Shown here: in pieces, positions 1 to 13,650 of the stretch
How the letters are laid out: the number at the start of each line of letters is the position of its first letter
How positions within the stretch are numbered: the stretch's first letter is position 1
DNA from: the human T2T-CHM13v2.0 reference genome, Homo sapiens
NCBI RefSeq assembly: GCF_009914755.1
Contig: NC_060925.1
Direction: 5' to 3' (one strand)
Length of the DNA: 64,000 nt
Notes under the pieces: generated by a model
Told to the model about the DNA's origin: nothing
The model's input: only the letters and a program-made list of their open reading frames with translations
Database searches by the model: none
Translations under genes and position numbers: made by a program

Positions 1-774
1 TCAGCCCTGCAGTCTGGCCTCTGCAGTGGCTTGATGTGAAATTTGAGAAACATATGTAGTTTTCTATTTCAGGAAAATGATCTCAGGGATTGAATGTGTT
101 TTTTTGTTGGCTGTTAAGCTCTGATCTTGCCCAGTGTGGTTTTTTGATGATGGGAAAGAGGCTTCGAAGTGCTTTTTATCAGAATTTCATGTAATAAAAC
201 TTAAGGTTTGGTTTCTTTATTTTGGCCCCCAACCCCCTCCCAGGCTCAGGACACAATGTCGTCTATTCTGTCAGAAGTGGGAAGAAGTACACATTGTTCA
301 TATTACAATCACTTCTTTGCTGCTTGCACACACATATATAAGAATGGCCACTGTGTCTATCCTTCACAAAAGCTATTTTAAATGTAGTTCAGTGGAGGAC
401 CAAAGGTCTGCGTAGTGTCTCTTACAAAGGAAAAGGGATCTGTTGGGGGAAAAGTCTGCCTTTGTTTTGCCTTGGAAGGGCCAGTATTTTTCTTTGTTCT
501 AGAGGTGAGTGCCAATAATGGGCCTAGTGCCCTATCAAGCAAACTTCATTAATCCAGCCCTGCAAAGGGTACACTGATCAGATAAAAGGGACCTACATCC
601 TCAAAGCTCAAGGTATTTGTTTTTAAACTTTTTTCTTACTGTAAATAAATATCACTATTGTACTTAATCTCATATTCATAATTGTATTCCTTTTCTTAAA
701 GAGCCTTTACATAAAAGCTTCAGGCCCTACAAAATCCGAGAGCATCCTTCATGGAGGAAGGATAGTAGACTCGA

Positions 775-965
775 GGGTGAGTGGTTGAACTTTGGCTCTG
801 GTGTAAAATGCCCACCCTGGGACTTATTGTGTGACCTTGAGCACGTTACATACCATTTCTGCACTTCATTGTCTTATTTATATTTCATGGGCTTGTTGCG
901 GGATTGAACAGGTTCAAGTGTATAAAGCTCATAGTACAACCTGCTAAGGACTCAACATTAGCTAT
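775..965 (+). mobile_element. MIR SINE fragment
   Basis: MIR core-like 'tgtgtgaccttgagcacgttac...gggcttgttgcgggattgaa'; boundaries approximate. Confidence 0.65.
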
Positions 966-1249
966 TCCTGCTGCTGTTTTTATTATTTGTTGCTGGCGTA
1001 TAAGACCTAGGCAAATGGAGCTAAATACTATTGTCTACCATTAAAATATTCACCTTCTGGAGGGAATAGTGCAAGGGTAACTTCAGATTTGCATTGAAAA
1101 ACCCATGGACTATCACTTTACATATTTATTTCCTTACCATCTTCAACCCTTATCCAGACAGCTCCAAATGCACATTATTCAGAAAATTGGTGATATTTTC
1201 ACAGCACTGAGACTAAGCTCATCTCCTGCTGGTCCTTATCACTCACCAG

Positions 1250-1640
1250 CCTTTCAGCCACATCAGACATCTCCTCAATCTCTGGGCAAACCAGGCCTTT
1301 TCATGTCTTCTTGACTTTGCACGTACTGTTTCCTCCCCGCAGAGTATCATTTGCCCTTTTTTCTGCTTGTCAACTGCTATTCACCCTTCGAGACCCAACT
1401 TAAATATTATTTGTGAATTTTGGGCAGTTACACAGACTCTTTTGGGCAGTTACACACTACTGTTTCATTTTTCCTATAGTTCTTCAAGAACTTCTCTCAT
1501 TGTAGTGTAATTATTTCTTGACATACATTTTTCTTCTAACAGCCTAGGAGGTCTTTGGATGAAGATACTACAGTCTATTCACTTTTATAACCCCGGTACA
1601 GAGTGCATGACACGTGTTAGGTGTTGAGAAATCTGAGAAA
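1250..1640 (+). mobile_element. L2 LINE 3' fragment
   Basis: L2-like 'ctttgcacgtactgtttcctcc...tattcacccttcgagacccaacttaaat' and degenerate 3' end; highly diverged. Confidence 0.5.
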
Positions 1641-1984
1641 TCGACTGGGAAGAGTTTTTTTTCATACCATTATATTTTAAAAGCTGCAATAGTTTGTTCC
1701 AGAAAAGTTATATTTTTCCCTTGGTGTATATTCTAATTTAAAAGGTGTTTTTAATGCCTGATTGATCTCCAATCTGTAATGACTTTGTAGCATTTTCTTT
1801 GTTTCCCTGCATTCAGCCTTCTGATTTAAGCAGATAATGCTTGGAAACACCTGTTTAAGTTGTATCTTCTTTGCTAGTTGTAACTTCATGAGTACAGGGA
1901 CCATATATGTTCTGTTCACAGCTCTATCCCCAAGTCCTAATACAGTGGTTGGCAGTTCTAGAGGTAGAAGAAATTATAATAATA

Positions 1985-2240
1985 ATAGTGCTTGTATTTT
2001 ATGCTTAACAGAGCACTTAACATGCTGGCCACTATTGTGAGTATTTTAGATACATTAACCCCTTCAGTCCTCCCAATATTCTTATGTTATATGTATTATA
2101 ATTATCATCTGTTTTCTACAGATAAAGAAACAGACTCAAAAGAGGCTAAGGAACTTGCCGGTGGTCACACAATGATTGGCAGAGTTGGGATTTTAACCTG
2201 GGCAGTCTGGCTCCAGAATTCAGGCTGTTTGCCATAATGG
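1985..2240 (-). mobile_element. MIR SINE
   Basis: Antisense MIR core 'acagataaagaaacagactcaaaagaggctaaggaacttgccggtggtcacac...ggcagtctggctccaga'. Confidence 0.75.
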
Positions 2241-2367
2241 TTCCTTGCCTCTGATTAGTACTAATTAGCTTAGTACTTGTTTGTTAACTAATTATTAAAG
2301 GAATCCAACAGAGACCTATTTCTCTAATGTAAAGAGTTCATTCATTAGGCAAATAATCACCCTAAGC

Positions 2368-2561
2368 CAGTTGTTCTGGAAGTATGGCCTTCAGACCAGC
2401 AGCATGAGCAGCGTCACTTGGAAATACATTGGAAATGCAAATTCTGTGGCCTCACTCCCACCCTACTCAATCAGAAACTCTTGGGAGTGGGACCAAATAA
2501 TTTGTGTTTTAAAAAAATCCTCCAGAAGAATCTGATGGATGCTAAAGTTTGAGAACCACTG
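2368..2561. mobile_element. MER5A (hAT-Charlie) non-autonomous DNA transposon
   Basis: Ends 'cagttgttct...' and '...gtttgagaaccactg'; internal 'ggaaatgcaaattc...ctactcaatcagaaactct' typical of MER5A. Confidence 0.85.
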
Positions 2562-3009
2562 GCCAAGACTCAGCCATTTTCTCTGGAATTTTACCCCTGA
2601 TTTTTGCTTTTCTTAAGAAGTCATAATTTTGGGTGTCTCACTTTTGCATACTCCTGATTTTTGTGACATTAATGTGGGGACTAAGCTCTAACCTCAGTGA
2701 ATGTTTTTGCTAAAGTTTCTGAGAAATTTTGAAGGTTTCAGGTGTGTCTGTAGCTTGACAGTGTTTGTTTCTTTTGATTTTTTTTTCCTGTGATAGCTTT
2801 TAGGATCAGGAAATTTAAAAAATATAGTACCTCCTCCATTCAGCCCTGCTGTCTCAGACTCCCCTAACTGGTGAGTGAAGAAGGAGCCCAGAGGTGCAGG
2901 GATAACAGAGAAAGGGGAAGTAGCAGAATCAGTGAGTGGGGAATCAAAGTTTGATGTTATCGCACTTCCTAGAAGTGGCCTCAGGTCCTTTGGACTGTTG
3001 GTTTACAAA

Positions 3010-3200
3010 TGGTAGAAAAAAGGGACACTGGACTTCAAACTGGACTTGGAATCCCAGTTCAGTCTCTCTATCTATGTGATTCTAGGAAAGTAATTTTTCT
3101 GAGCAACAGTTCCCTCATCTTTAAAATGGGGATAATATTACTAATGTTTTAATGATGTGAGAATTTATGGAGATGCATGATGAGCACTCAATTCATGCTT
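3010..3200 (+). mobile_element. MIR SINE fragment
   Basis: 'cagttccctcatctttaaaatggggataata' MIR core. Confidence 0.65.
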
Positions 3201-4624
3201 GTTGTATCTATACTGAAGGAAGCTGTAAGAGATAGAGTTAGTCACTAGCATATTTACCAGTGAGTGTTCTAAGAAATGGATTATAGATTTTGCAGAGCAA
3301 CAAGGAATCCACAGCATTCCACAATGGCTGGTATTCCAAGGATCGAAATTCTGGGAGGTTCAGTTGCAGAGAAAACTAGGCACCAGTTTGAATGCATTAT
3401 GTCTTGAGTCTGCTTTTTTTTTTTTTTTAAAAGAAAGGTATCTAAAAGTGATTTAACAATGTCAGGATTTAGACTTAAGTTTTTTTCTGTTAAAGAGGCC
3501 ATTGCTGAAAGTCAAGACCCAAGGACTGTACAAATATTGATGCAACTGTCAGAGATACATGGTATTTGACCTTCTATTAATAAAGACAAATTATTGCATT
3601 TCTGTGATATTTGAGTCTGCAGGAACTTCCCTTAATTCCACTGGTATTCCATTCCACGGCTACCAGGGCTGCTGGGACAAGGGACGTGGCGTTGTGTTTC
3701 TGATTTACGAGGTGGAATATTAGTCTGATTTACTAAACTGAAAGAGCAGGTTCAGATAACAAACAACATAGTGAAACTTCCTGAATAACAGCCACAGAAA
3801 CAACTCATGTATTTGGTGGTATCACAACAAGTTTGGCTAGATTTATCCACAGACTAGAATACAAACCATGGAGGAAAGAAAGCAGGTAAGCACAAGTAAA
3901 TAGAGGGCAAGGCAGATACTAGTGGACTATACTGGATGTAGGAAGACTTTGAGGAAGGCTTTTTTTTGCAGACATCTGCAGGGTGTAGGCAGTGAAGTGT
4001 TTGTTGTGACTATTTGCCAGCACCATCCCACTTCACAGGTGGGTGGGTGGTTCCTTTTCACCAAGATTTTAATGGCAGGTTGTGCCCCATAAAAGGGCGG
4101 GGCAGTATACCCTGTATTAGTTTAAAAAAGGTCTCAGCTTACACGGGACAGCATTTTTACTTTTTACCCTTGCCTTTGCTCATTCACAGGGAGTACTTCG
4201 GAATCAGCCCATCTAAGCCTCAGACTTCAAAGGGAGCTCATTCCTATTTGACAACAGTCATATCCATTTTGCCAACTCTTTGACCTTTGAAATAGCATCT
4301 ACTCAGTCAGGTCTGACCTGTCAACTGTCTGTAAAAACCCATCCAGATCAAGAACTTGATATTTTCAAGAACACATCTAAAGGATGGGGGCCCTTCTAAT
4401 TTTGTTTCTCCAGGACTTGTTTTGGGAGAAGCCAGCTGCTTCTTCTGGTCTTAATGGGATGGGATTATAGATGGGTTGAGTCTGTGAGGCCTCAACTTAC
4501 ATGATGATCCTGTGTCCTTTTATTATAGGTTGCACATGTTTTAGCCACTCATGGCAGCATTTTTCTCCAGCTACAGTCAATTTTGTCTAATTATTGTTGA
4601 TCATGATTTTACTGTAAAAAAAAA

Positions 4625-4976
<352 letters not shown>

Positions 4977-5689
4977 TGACCTTCCTGTTTACCTCCATTT
5001 GTGGGCTTTTGGTTGTGAGCATCAGTTCATATCCAGTTTTGGGGACCACTCTTGGGTATACTTTAAATAATTCAGATGTTGAAATTTTTCAGAATGAGAA
5101 AATCTAGAGAGAAGTCCAGTTTGATTATACTAGAACCTCATTTGCTGATTAAATTGTAAAATTCCTAATTGCAACTTGGTCATGTCTTTGCAAAATAGTA
5201 ATAATAATATTAACTTCTATTTATATAGTGACTGTCTTCTCAAAGAACTCAAAACAGTGTCCTTTTCTGTATCCCTGCTATTCCCAAAACATGTTTGTGG
5301 CAATGTATGTGGCTTCAAAATGTGGATGTATCATTATGAAATATAAATGCATGTGGTGATGGTATTTATTAGAATCATATGTTATTGGAAGTACCTAACA
5401 TTGGGTGTAAAGGAAGCCTGGTCAAGTTTCCAATAGAGATTTACAATTGGGCCTCTTTGTATCTCAGTTTCTTCATCTGTATAGTGGGCATAATAGTTCC
5501 TATTTTATAGAGTTATTGTGATGATTGTGTTAATACATTTAAAGCATTGACACAGTAATGCTGGGATAGTCCTCAAATGCTATTGTTTGCATCGGTTTTA
5601 GAATCAGTCTAATAAATATGAGTTTAAATACCCCTTTGTCCCTTGCTTGTTGTGTCGTCTTGGGCAATAACAGTAACAGTCAACACAGA

Positions 5690-6010
5690 TGCTATTTATT
5701 GAATAATACTTATATGTCAGGCATTATATTAGGCCCAGGATATAAGTGATTATTTATCACTTATTCCTTTAACTTTCTTAAATAGGTATGATTATACTCA
5801 TTTTATAGATGAGTTAGGTAAGGTTTAGAGAAGTTAAGAAACTTTCCCATAGTAACAGAGTTAGATTACTGGCAAAGCGGACTCTCTGAATTCTTGTTTT
5901 TGGTTACCTACTTAGGTTCCCCTGAACCACAGTTTCATCATTTGTAATAGGGATGACAATAGCTCTTTGTAAGGATTAAATATTGTACATAAAGTATCTA
6001 GCACTTACTG
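5690..6010. mobile_element. Two adjacent MIR fragments in opposite orientations
   Basis: Antisense core 'cattttatagatgag...gtttagagaagttaagaaact' then sense core 'cagtttcatcatttgtaatagggatgacaatag'. Confidence 0.6.
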
Positions 6011-7148
6011 TGCATTCTTGACATGATATACAATGATATTATCCTCTCCAATTAGAGCTTTCCATATAATATAATTTTTTTCTTTGTGTTCCTTATGCCA
6101 TGCATATATCTTTAGAGATTAAAAGACACTTCTTAAGAATGGATTCTTGCATTTCTGAGAACTTCAGAATCACACTTGTGATCTGACACAGTATATATAC
6201 ACTCAGGTATTGATGTGTGTATGTGTACTTTCCATTCTGTTCAGTCTAGAAGTGTATAGATGCTCAATCTGGGTGCTTTGTAAGGAACATCACAAATGTT
6301 CAAAATCGTGGATGGACTTGAACATGAAAATGCCTTGGCCTCAAAGTTTTGCTTTTCTGTTCTCAAAGTTGTTGAGGAAACTGGCTTAGTTAAAGCTAAG
6401 TGTTTAGAAACCAAGTGTGTTTTGGATGGTAAGGTGGAGTCAGCATTATATATATTAATACATTTTTGGTACCAGAAACAGCAACAATCCCTTAGTCTGG
6501 TGTGTGCAGATGTAATATGTTTCATGATATTTCAGCCTGTATTTTCTGTCTTAATAAGTGAAAGCACTGCAGAATTGGGCTGCAGGCCACTGCCCCATTT
6601 CTCTCCTTTTGTAGTCAGATCTCCCTTGTGAATGATAAACACCCACTCCTTTCATTTATTCACCCATTCACTCAACCTCCTACAATCTAAGCTGCATGCT
6701 TACCACCTACCTTAAAGAACACCAGTGATTGCTTATTGTGACTTACGTCATAAATATGTATTCTAGACATGACTTCTCACCTGAATATCAGTGTCACATC
6801 CTTCATAGCCTCAAAACTTTGAGGAAATATCCTCTTATGGCATACTTTAAAATTTGTAATTTTAAAGTAAGCACAAAGTACGTTTTGAGACCTTCATTTT
6901 TTTCTCTAACAATTCTGTTTTGTTTTTTTTTTTTGTATTCTGTATTTTTTGTTAAGTTTATATCAGGATGATTTGTCATTAGTGTTCTTGTAACATATTT
7001 TGGAGTTTTCCTTGTGCAATGTGGAAATAGTAAGGTTGACATTCTGCTTTTAACTCTTCTTTATAAACTATGAGGAATTCCCAAATAGAATGTTACCTTG
7101 AAAGACTCTTGACATAAGTAGAACTAAACCAAATATTTTATATAATTA

Positions 7149-7314
<166 letters not shown>

Positions 7315-10144
7315 TCTGTAATTCTTAATTATTATTTTATATATGTTATGAGTATGAGAACTAAGCAGTTCCATAAAGATGAGAATTATAATATCTCATT
7401 TTAGTAGTATTTTGCTTTGTATTATTTGACATTTTATAAAAATTCATAGTCTCAAAAAATATACAATGTTCTTCGTCAAGTAGCTAATACTCTCTTTCTT
7501 AGTGTTCGGTTTAACTATTAATCTTATCCTGTTAAATTATTTAAAATTTCCTAATAATTGGCACATAATAACAGTTTTTAATGTCAGCATTGATAACATT
7601 TTTCTGTCATAATATTCAACTAAGGGATGCATCTTCAATGTATAAAGCCCATAAGTAGGTTTTTTCACCCTAGATTAGATCTAAATTGCTTACCTGTTTT
7701 TGGAAGTGAATATTATGTTATTAACAATAAATTCCAAACTGCTTTGTATTACTGACATTGTAACAATGTCTTGATATGATGGAGACCCTTGCTATCACAT
7801 TGTCATTGATCATGCACATTGATCATGCCCGTGTTGAAATAGGCAATGCCAGAGACAGACCAAAGACGAAACTGGTAGTGATTTTGGTGAACATTGTTGC
7901 CATGTTAAACTTGAGTATATTTCTTGTTGAACAACCCCATTTTAGAGATACGGAAAATGTTGTGAGGCAGAGATATTAAGTAACCCTGCCCAGAGTCGAA
8001 TGGTTAATAAGTCCTTGCCAGGATTTAAGTGATAAAACAAAACTCATGCTTTTAACTACTATAGTCTTGTAAGCCACTCAACAAGTATTGGCCAGTTAAA
8101 CTAATGAATTCCCTCAAGGAATTGATTCTAGTAATAGAGATAAATAATCAAGTCATAAGTCATGACTCAATGTGAAAAGTCTTGTGACTAAGGAATGAAC
8201 AGTACAATAAAGGAAACATGAGGAACAGTGAATCGTGGTAGGATTATGGAGAGGAGGAGGAAGGAATGGGGGAGAGTGGGGCCTCAGAGAGGTGCACCAA
8301 GACTGGGGCCCAGGCCTTGCTTCCAAGGTACCATGGCGTTCTGTGTTTTTCCTTGTCTTGGGCATACTATTCAGTGTTTCGATTTATTTACTTGTCCTTA
8401 CCTCCCACTAGGCTATAAGCTTTCTGACTGCAGAGGTAAATTGTGTGTCTTCATCACTTAGTGCAGGAAGTGGTAGCTAATGAGTTGGATATGTAGGGGC
8501 GAGTACAGTGGACAGGTGAAGTCAGGACATGATGGACAAAAGCATGAACATGAAAGAAGATGTGAACATTCGTTGCCTCTTTAGGAAATGGTCGACAGTG
8601 TGGAGTGGACAGAGCACGGACATGTAGCTTGGGGTATTGTGAAGGGATGGGTCAGCCGTGTATACTTATCTACCATGGTAAAAAGTGATATTATTAGATT
8701 TCTGAGTGCTTGCCTTTCCCTAATGCATCTTCATGTCTTTAAGGACAAAGATGTAGGACCAAGAGTGGGCTACATCACAGGAGATGAAAAGATCTGTTTG
8801 CATATTTGACCTCTGCTAATTATCAGCAGTGTGATAGTAGGCGTGTCATCTGACATCATCTTGCCTGTTGCATAGTAGACATTTGGTAAAGATTTGTTGA
8901 ATGGATTAATTAATATAATTATATGTTTTTGCGGACTCTGAAGAATTTGAGATACAGCTATATAAAAGAGTTACTATTTATTGGTACATATTGCTTAGTA
9001 TTTGGAATAAGCTTGGTAATTATTCACTAAGCAGGAAACAGGGTTTAGGGATTTCCAGGCATTAGGGACACTGAGCCTTGAGACAGGGTAGCAGCTCTGT
9101 GGTTCAGAGTGACTGGTCCACCAGGAACAGAAACAAGCTAGTATTGGGAGGTGAGGGAGTAACATTCCTTGGGAGGATTATTTGGCAAAACGAAGTAAGA
9201 ATCATAGGGGCATAGGGTCATGGAAAAGGCTTCATTCTTAGTAGAGCTCTGGAGTACCCATCAAGTCTGGGTGAAGATGCTTACCTCCCTGAGAGGGCAA
9301 GCATCAGGAAAGCCTGGGTATGGGGGTCCCGGGCTCCTGAGGCCCAGGACTCATTGCTAGGATACAGATTGCACTGTCAAGTCCAGACTGTCACGTGTGA
9401 GTCTAAGCCTATTGTTTTGGGGCTTGCCATGGTCTGGATGGGGCCCCTCTTAAAGGTTATAGAGTTGTGGAAGAAAGGGACTGACACATTTTGATAGTCA
9501 AAGAGTAAAAGAAGCTATGAGTTACCAGTGTGCTGGATGCTTCTGAAAGCGTTTGACAAGTGCTTTTTGAGTTTTTAAATTAAATTACTTTTTTATTTTT
9601 GTCTTCCTCTCTATAAATCATACCAGAGAAGGTAACATTTTTCTCTATACTGACTTTGACAAGCCTAGACTATGCTTTGTCTATGTCCAGTGTACAAATG
9701 TAGAGAACCCATTCATTTCTTTACTCCTCACATATTTAGTAAAGTCCGGCTGTGTGCCCTGCCTTTAGGGGACACTGAGCAGAAAGCAGACTCCTCCAGA
9801 CGATTGCATTGCAGTATAATTAGCACCATAACAAGAGTCTGGCAGATTCTAGTCTGTAGTAGCAAAATGAAGAGCAATCAGGTCTATCCAGGGAATGAGG
9901 AAATACCTCACAAGATAGGAAGTGACTGAACTCGGACTTGAAGGATGATCAAGAATCTGCCAGGTGGGTATGGGGGCCACCTGGCAAAAGGACAGCATAT
10001 GGGAAAGCAGAGGCATGAAAGACCTTGGTGCATCCACAAAGCGTTGGGCACGTGAGTCTAGCCAGATCACAGGTTGTGTGTTGGGGAGCATTTAGAGAAG
10101 AGAACACAAAGTCCTCACGTGCTTTACTCAGGCTTTGGGCTTAA

Positions 10145-10365
10145 GGAGTGTTTCTGATGTGGGCTCTGGAGCCAGACTGCATGGCTGTAAGCCCCGGCCT
10201 CTCTGCTTCACACCTCTGTGATCTTGGACAAGTACCTTAACTTTCTGTTTCTCAGTTTCCTCATCTCAGATGATAATAGGACATGCCTCACAGGGTGGTT
10301 GTGAGAACCTGAATAACATCGTAAAGCACTTCAAACAGTGTCTGGCACATCAGTTGTTATTAATA
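10145..10365 (+). mobile_element. MIR SINE
   Basis: 'ggctctggagccagactg...tgtgatcttggacaagtaccttaactttctgtttctcagtttcctcatct...gtaaagcacttcaaacagtgtctggcacat'. Confidence 0.85.
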
Positions 10366-10550
10366 ATAATTATATAAGATAAAATTATATAATTCATAAT
10401 GATGATGTTTAATTTGTAACCTGTAGTCAAAAAGTAGAACCAAATACAACTTGCAAGGGAACTGGATGCTTCTGGAAGAGTTTGATAAGTGTTGTTTGAG
10501 TTTATAAAGTAAATTACCTTTTTTACTTTCCAGGTAAAAAAATATACCTT

Positions 10551-10749
10551 TGGGAGGGGAACAACACACACTGGAGCCTGTCGGGGGGCGGGGCCACAGG
10601 AGGGAGAGCATCAGGATAAATAGCTAATGCATGTGGTGCTTAATACCTCAGTGATGGGTTGATGGATGCAGCAATCCACCACGCACACATTTCCCTGTGT
10701 AACAAACCTGCACGGCATGCACATGTATCCCGGAACTTAAGAAAAAAAA
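10551..10749 (+). mobile_element. L1PA (approx. L1PA10-13) 3' UTR end, heavily 5'-truncated
   Basis: 'gggagagcatcaggataaatagctaatgcatg...gtaacaaacctgcac...gcacatgtatcccggaacttaa' plus A-tail; TSD-like 'aaaaaaatatac'/'aaaaaaatac'. Confidence 0.9.
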
Positions 10750-12485
10750 ATACATTTTTTCTTTCCAGGACAGCGTCAGTCCTTAAGAGGCTAGCTCAAA
10801 GACTAGAGGAAAAATAGACTACTAAATAAATCAAAATTATTTAGTAGGGTATAGAGTTATCCATAAAGTGCTGGGGGTCACTAATTATTAAAGCAGATAG
10901 AGCACAGGTAGTTGTTGAGCGTAGAACAGCCCAATCAGAATGATGCCTCAGAAAGGCAGTAGTTGGCCTCCCAGAGTGGAGCATGGATTGCAGCAGGGGG
11001 CTGAGGCTGGAGGGGGAGAAGTGTTGAACTAATTCAAGGGATGTTGGAGGGCTAAACCAGTGTCTCTTCTGCTAAATCTGAGCAGAAGAGACAGATCTGG
11101 AAGCTTCTGGTAAGGTAGGCTTGATTGAGTTTGGTGAGAAGTTAGATGAGGAGGGTGAGAACCTAGCATCTGGGTGTCTGCTAGATAGATGCTGCTGCAC
11201 CACACCAATGTCCGTGTGTCTGGGTACCGAGGTGGTGTTCAGGACAGGTCTTCTCCACGTACTGCCGCTGAGCTCACATCCACGCTGTGCATGCTGGGCT
11301 GAGTTCTCTTCAGGCTGTTTTCAGCTGACTTAAATGCAACACGTGATGATGAGCATATTTACATAATGTATGCCTGGTGAAATCACGAAAGATTGGAATT
11401 TCCCATTTTAATTCCATTTTAAAGATGCTTGTTAAGCAAAAGGATATAATTCATTTTTCAAACTGCTGAAATGTTATTTGGCCTCTTGAATCAAAGGCAT
11501 TCCGCAAGTGTTTTCTTTATTACATGCCTTAAACTTTAATTAGAATTTAATTATAAGATCCTGAAGGCATGAGCAAGAGGAGCAGATGGGATAGTAAAAG
11601 CAGCTTAGTGAGGGAGGATTAAAGATTAAAAGTTGCTTGTTAATGGCATAAGAAATGAACAGAGAGCTAAATTACTATGCTTTTGTGCTATCCTGATGCT
11701 TTTTCGATTCTGTAACTTATTCCTGGTTGCAGGTTTTTCAATTCTGCAACTTATTCCTGGTTGGAAGTTGAAGAATCTCACAAATTAGATTTTTAATTTT
11801 TTGAGTTGCTAGAGTAGATTTGTACATAGAAAACAGGTAAAACCTGACAAAAAGGTGTTTTATGGCTAGTAGCACCTTGTACAATAATTTCTGCATTGTA
11901 GGGGCTTAGTGGTATTTACTGAATTGAACTAAAACTTACATCATCTCACTAGTAAACATCGAATGAGCATAAAATAAGATTTTTTTTTAGAGATGGATGG
12001 GGAAGGTGTGAGTCTATAAGTCCAGGCTAACCTGTCCCATGGAATGTTAGATACCTACTCAGGAAGGTAACTTGTATGAACCTCCCACCTTTAGCCTACC
12101 CCCCAGTCGACCTTAGTCATTTGCCCCACTTGGTTGGTTGGCTAGAGGAGTGGTAGAAATTTGGTGTGGGAAACACTTTGAGACTGCTCCTCATGTCACA
12201 CAGTGAGGATGACCTGCTCTGCTCTCTGGTGCTATGTTACGATGATCTCCCGTTAGGCTAAATTATTCTACTTCTTAGTGCTTTTTCCCCTAGCTTTTTT
12301 TTTTTTCTTTTTGAAATCTGATATTTAGAGTCCTCTTCCCCACTTAATTGCAAGCTCAATGAAGAAAAACTAGAGAACAATAAGATAGAAAAGAAGACAA
12401 AAATGTAGTGAAACAAAAAGCATTCTATCTCCTATTTTCCAGGAACAAATGTTTTTTAAAAAGCTTTTTTAAGCCTGTTAATAGA

Positions 12486-13127
12486 CAGTTGATTCTTCAT
12501 TATTTGCAGATTCTTTGTTTGCAAATTTGCCTACTTACTAAATCTTATTTGTAACCCTCAAATCAATACTTGTGGCACTTTCACAGTCATTCGCAGAAAT
12601 GCTCAGAGAGGAGGATAATTTCTGAGTCTCTCGTCATGCGTGTTCCTAGCCGATGGCAAATAACACAACACCCTGCCTTCTTGTTTCAGCTCTCATAGTG
12701 TAAACAAGTGTCCTTTTCGAAGTCTACTCGTGCCATGTTTTTCTCATTTTTGTGCTTTTTGTTGGCGATTTCACCATTTAAAATGCACCCCAAGCATTGT
12801 GCAAAAGTACTGTGTAGTGTTCAAGTACAGTGCAAGAAAGCTGCGATGTGCCTTACAGAGACAATAACGTGTGTTTGATAAGCTTCATTCAGGCAGGAGT
12901 TAAGTGCTGTTGGCTGTAAGTTCAGTGTTATTGACTCAACAATATATATTAAATGAGTTGTTTTTAAGCAAGAATACACATGAAACAGGGTTGCGTATTG
13001 ATGAGTTGGCAAAAATATAACTGGAGGCTCAGAGGAACCTAGCCCTGTATTTCCCTTAGGAACAATGGTCCAGTGTTCCCTAATTTAATGTTTTTGGAGA
13101 CTACCAAAAATAATAAGGTCAGCCATG
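12486..13127 (+). mobile_element. MER82 (TcMar-Tigger) non-autonomous DNA transposon
   Basis: Starts 'cagttgattcttcattatttgcagattc', colinear with recalled MER82 consensus through 'gaggaacctagccctgtatttcccttaggaacaatgg'. Confidence 0.85.
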
Positions 13128-13295
13128 TATCTTTCTCCTTTTCTCCTTGCTCTTGCTTGATCTTTCCATCTCTTGTTACCTCAATCTGTGTGTATATGAT
13201 ATGCATATATTTACTTAAATTATATATGCATATATTTAGCAATTATGATATCACATGATACACGATTCTGCAACCTGTCTTTTAACTTATCAATT

Positions 13296-13650
13296 GTGTT
13301 GGCCTTTGGGCTGTTTGCACTGAGATCCATTTGTCACCCTTGCCCTGCTCTGCAAGGGTGCTGTGTTACAGGGGGTTGACCCCTGCCCCCTGACAATTTG
13401 TCATCAGTGGGAGATGGCAAGGCAAGAGAAAGAGAAGCTGGAGTATTTGTCCCTCCCTCTGTCTGCCTTGGGCAGCATCTCTGGCAGTGGCCCCTCTACA
13501 GCTATCCCACCTGCAGGTTGGGTCCTCCATGGCTCTGTCATCGGCTGGTTGGTCCTGGGTCTCGAGCTTTAGCCCTGCCTTCTTCCTTTGTCCTTTTAGC
13601 TGATGGGTGGAAGAAGCTTCCTGCTGATGCTGATCTCTGAGTTTCTTCCC
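13296..13650. mobile_element. Ancient ERVL LTR (LTR33-like)
   Basis: Motifs 'ccctgctctg', 'gagaagctggagtatttgtccctccctc', 'gcttcctgctgatgct' resemble the LTR33 family; degenerate. Confidence 0.5.

Noticed and set aside
6296-6631. 111-aa ORF with globular-looking composition
   Set aside because: No recognisable family, no convincing splice boundaries, and a length expected by chance.
7804-7828. cattgatcatgc repeated twice inside a 67-aa ORF
   Set aside because: Simple 13-bp-period micro-duplication with no RNA-gene or coding support.
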